From positions 1 to 64,000 of the forward strand of contig QPGO01000047.1 in assembly GCA_008632985.1 (NCBI GenBank): 64,000 bases of DNA, in the 5' to 3' direction. The notes under the pieces were generated by a model. It did not search any database, was not told the origin of the DNA, and was given only the letters and a program-made list of their open reading frames with translations. The stretch is from Psammoneis japonica (Eukaryota). The stretch's first letter is position 1. Each line of letters starts with the position of its first letter. Below are positions 60,341 to 64,000 of this stretch, piece by piece. Position numbers and translations under genes: made by a program.

Positions 60341-60689
60341 TGGATTCTCCCGTTTGCAAATGTTCATCATGAGCATTGTCCAATTGATGGGAAGAAATGG
60401 CACAAAGGCTGTGAGAAAAGGAGAGTTTGAAGGGAAGACAAGTTCTCAGGGGTGGTGTTGATGACCAGTTGGGAGGAAATGTTTGCCACACATGGGACAA
60501 TCATTTCGCATGGCAAAGGGGGGCACCATTGTTCATGTTGCAAAAACAAGTGAGATGAAGATGAGTGGGGCAAGCCAAGTGGTAAAAACAACATGTGGCA
60601 GGTGACAAGATTGCATTGAACAAGTCAACTTGCATGTCACCATGCAAGATTGCACCTTGGTTTAATGCACAACATCAGTTGTCTGCACA

Positions 60690-61600
60690 CCGGCATGTGG
60701 TGCTTGCACAAAACACTTGACAACACAAGACAAATCTGACCAGATGTGGTGGCTCCTGCTCTGTGGCACTTGTCATGGGGAAGAAGCACACAGCTTGCCC
60801 TGTGCTGACAACTGGCAGAAACCACCAGTGACATCTTGTGTGATGTGAGATTTCCACAAGAAATGGAGATGTGCAACATGACAGAAGCACATGGGGTTCA
60901 AATTTGCAACCCTCATGATGTGGGTCAAATGCAGCCAGCACATCAACACACCCACACTCAGCAGAATGAGTGCAAGTCATGTGAACTTGTGTGGTGCACA
61001 CTTTTGGGTCTCATGTGTCCTGCTGGTGCTGCAGTCTTGTGTGTCACAAGATGTTGCTCTGGCATCTGCCAGCTGTCCCAGCTTGCTGCTAAAGTTTGAA
61101 GAATGTCAGACAAGTCCTTTGCACACTCCTTTCTTCATTGGGAGAAACAAGAACCCCAAGACAGCTGGCTTGCATGACAAAAACAAAGTCATTGCTCCAG
61201 AAGCATTGCTTCAGGAGCATTGCTGCAGAAGCAGGATGGCTGCTGGCATCATCATCCCAGAGAGACACAAACTGAGGTTCCGTTGCCAATGTGACAACAG
61301 CTGGCACAGTGTGCAAGCTGCAGTGTGCTCCACATGCTCCAAACGCAAAGCGCATCAGAAGACAAAAAGACAAAACCAGAAACATGGGAAGTTGCCAGAA
61401 AAATCAGCTGAAGTTGTGCCATGGGAAATCCTGTTTGCAGATGCTGCAATGAGAGGTTGCACTCACTGTCAAGCAAAAAGGGAAAAACTGCTGCATTTGC
61501 AGGCAGTTGTGGTGATTGACCCCACAACAGGATGGCTTGTTGTTGCCAAAGAATGTCTGGTGGCTCCATGGCCCTTGTCACGGAGAAGCATGTGGTGCAC
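60690..61600 (+). mobile_element. Ty3/gypsy LTR retrotransposon relic (integrase zinc finger and core start)
   Basis: KVIAPEAL.Q, W..V...V..CS..K.HQKTK..KHGKLPEKSAEVVPWEILF.D, and LQAVVVIDPTTGW (cf. KYGKLP.K.AE..PW..LCVD...LTMIDPATGW). Confidence 0.75.
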
Positions 61601-64000
61601 CACCCCACTCTGACAACTGGCAGATGCCAGTGATGTCTTGAGCAATGTGAGACTCCCACAAAGGGAGATGTGCACAATGAAAAGCACATGCTGTGCAAAC
61701 CCGTGTGACTTGCACTCATTTTGCCAGCAGATGTGTGCTGGCCCAACTCAACTGCCCCCTGCCTGAAGCCATGTCTGGTGAGCAAATGCTCTGCTCATGC
61801 TGTGCATTCTGCGGCATTTGCCCACAGCTGTGCCAACTCAGAAACAGCTCTCACTGTTGCCATTGACCACAACAACCTTTGTGGCTGCTCAATGCCCAGC
61901 TCTAAATTAAGTGCACAGGGCAAGACAGCTGGGAATGTTTGCAGCAGATGGCTTTGAGATTCAACACACCTGGCATGATGCTTCAAACAATGCTCAGCTG
62001 GCTGGGTGCTTGCACACTGTCCTGACAAGAAGAGCTTCAGTCTCTGTTTGCCCACTTGCAAAAAAGTGGCAAGCACCATGACAGCTGCTCTCACTGCATC
62101 AATTTGCTGCAATTTTCTTTTTGTTGAACTCTCAAAGCACCTGTGCTGTTGAGATGATTGCTGCTGCCTCATTTTGTGTGTTGGCTGCAGGTGCATTTTG
62201 GCATGGCTGGGGGAAGGGGGGGGAGACATTGTTGCTTCACCTCTGAGAAGTGAGAAGGCTTGGGCATCATCATCAAATGGTGCAGCAGCCACAAACCCAA
62301 CTGCACAGCATGCACCAGCTGATGATTGGCCATGTGATGGGGCAGCACCTCTTGTCTGCAGGGGCACAGGGTTCACAAAGAATGAGCTGCATCACTGTGT
62401 TGGCTGTCTGTGCCCAAATGCACCATGGCTTGAAATGAGCATGACAGCATGGAGCACTGCAGGCCAGAGTTTTTGTGCTGCACAAAGTTTTGTGCACATG
62501 TCAGCTGGCTCTGCAATCAAAGCAGACAGAGCACAGCAAGATGACAGTGCATGCAGCATGGCCTGACTCCACAGCAAGCATTTGCAGCACACAGCAGAGG
62601 AGTGTGGTGCATGCTGCAGGTGTGTGCTGTGTGTGTGTGCAAGTGTGGCAGGGCCACACTCATGTGTGCACAAGTGTGGGGCAGTGGTGCTGGGCCTGAT
62701 GGCAGGGAACAGCAACAATGTTGTGCCAAGACAGTTCCCCTGATTTTTCTTCCTGCTGACAACATGAAAGCAATGGAGCAGCCATTGCAGCACAAGGCAA
62801 TGGCACAGCACATGACACATGCTGTGGGGTGTCATCCGACCCAGCAACAAATGGCAAACCTTCCAGACCTGACATGTGGGACACTCTCCATGTGACATTG
62901 GCCAGCAGATTCTGCATGTGCAAGCTCCACAGTTCAAACATCAGTTGACAAACCAACAGACTTGTTTTTGAAATTTAAACAAACAAGCAAAGTTTGCAGC
63001 ACAGCTGCACCTCTTCACCACACTGAAGTTGTCAAACAGATCACCCAACAACTGCAATCTAAAGTGTCACAGAACACCACCAAAGTTGCACAAAAATGCA
63101 CGTGCACATGGCGCATCTTAAAAAAACACAAACATCCTTGAAACTCAGCAGCAGCATGTGATGTCCTCCCACCTGCAGCTGTTGCTTGGGCAACCAGAGC
63201 CATTGCCATTTTTTGCAAAAAAGGCACAATGACAGACCTCCAATGAAACAAAAATGGAGGAGCCACAACTCTTCTGCTGGAGCACATCAGCTTTGCTGGC
63301 AGATTGCTGGCAGGTGGAGCCTCAGCCAGCCACCAGTTCAGCAGCAGATTTGACTTGCTCCTGCAGGATCACAACTCAAAATTATGAGCTGGAGTTTGGC
63401 ACCTGCTCACATGCATTGATGCTGGTGCTGGTTTGACAGGCTGAAAAAGCTGGTGTGTGTGATTGTTGACAAGCCCTTGAAAGAAATGTCTGCAACAAAA
63501 ATTTTGCAGTCTTTGGCCCTCCATCTGTGAGGACAGCAGCACAAACTCATCAGCTGCAAGGTCCAAATGTCATCAAATCAAGTTGGTGTGGTGGTGGGCA
63601 CATCTGCCACATCACAGAGCCTGCCACAGCACATGCTGTTCAGGCTGACAACTGGCAAACACTGGCAATGATTTGTGTCACATGACTTCCATGTGGCAGA
63701 AGCCATGCAATCTAAAAGCGCACATTGTGCAAGCATGAATGACTCACACTCATTCTGCTGAGCAGTTTTGTGTTGTCTGCATGTTGCATGGCCTCCTGCT
63801 GACACAAGCAAGAAGAGGAGCTGGGGTCTGTTTGCCTCCTGTGTGCAGAAGTGTGGCAAGGACCATGGTGACAACTGAGTCTGACTGCCCTGATTTTCTT
63901 GCAGCATTTTCTTTGTGTTGAACTTGCAATGCTTGCATTGTCAATGGTTGTTGCTGTTGCTGCTGTTGCACTGGGGGGCTTGGGGATGACAAGATGCGAC

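Larger units (their letters stand above)
47560..64000. other. Right degenerate-repeat domain: CpG- and TpA-depleted, TG/CA-enriched
   Basis: TA becomes rare after ~47535 and CG after ~47790. The domain contains TE and gene relics. Confidence 0.9.

Noticed and set aside
61795..62120. Possible PIF/Harbinger transposase C-terminal relic on the minus strand
   Set aside because: Only a vague LS...EH resemblance; no DDE motifs are legible.

Overview
Eukaryotic nuclear DNA, most consistent with a (probably raphid pennate) diatom: it has ASAFAP-type plastid presequences, an Lhcr-like antenna gene, CoDi-type copia relics and a type III metacaspase relic. The window has three compartments. A gene-dense core (~9.5-47.55 kb) of normal dinucleotide composition carries ~18 genes: a TPR protein, CCB3, DDB1, a PsbP-domain protein, DGAT2, a TBC Rab-GAP, an LHC, an old yellow enzyme, vWA, PI-PLC-X, GH16, a GLUG/PKD secreted protein, a secreted GKGYE-repeat protein and several unknowns. 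Several core genes show single-base homopolymer frameshifts that look like long-read errors. The two flanks (1-~9.4 kb and ~47.6-64 kb) are graveyards of transposon and host-gene relics (copia, gypsy, LINE, Crypton, metacaspase, HPR-RAP), in which BOTH CpG and TpA are almost erased and TG/CA are enriched. Conserved Tyr codons in the relics read Cys or His. A relic copy of a core gene segment shows CG>TG/CA and TA>CA directly. Surviving TA sites are mostly YTAR, and TpA loss extends further than CpG loss at both borders. Together this points to a RIP-like, repeat-directed A>G (TpA, preferentially TAY) hypermutation process acting alongside 5mC decay, which is the main candidate novel system here. 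The second candidate is the Tyr/Lys/Gly repeat protein with an RXL site, a possible adhesive or biosilica protein. All dinucleotide statements are by eye, not computed.
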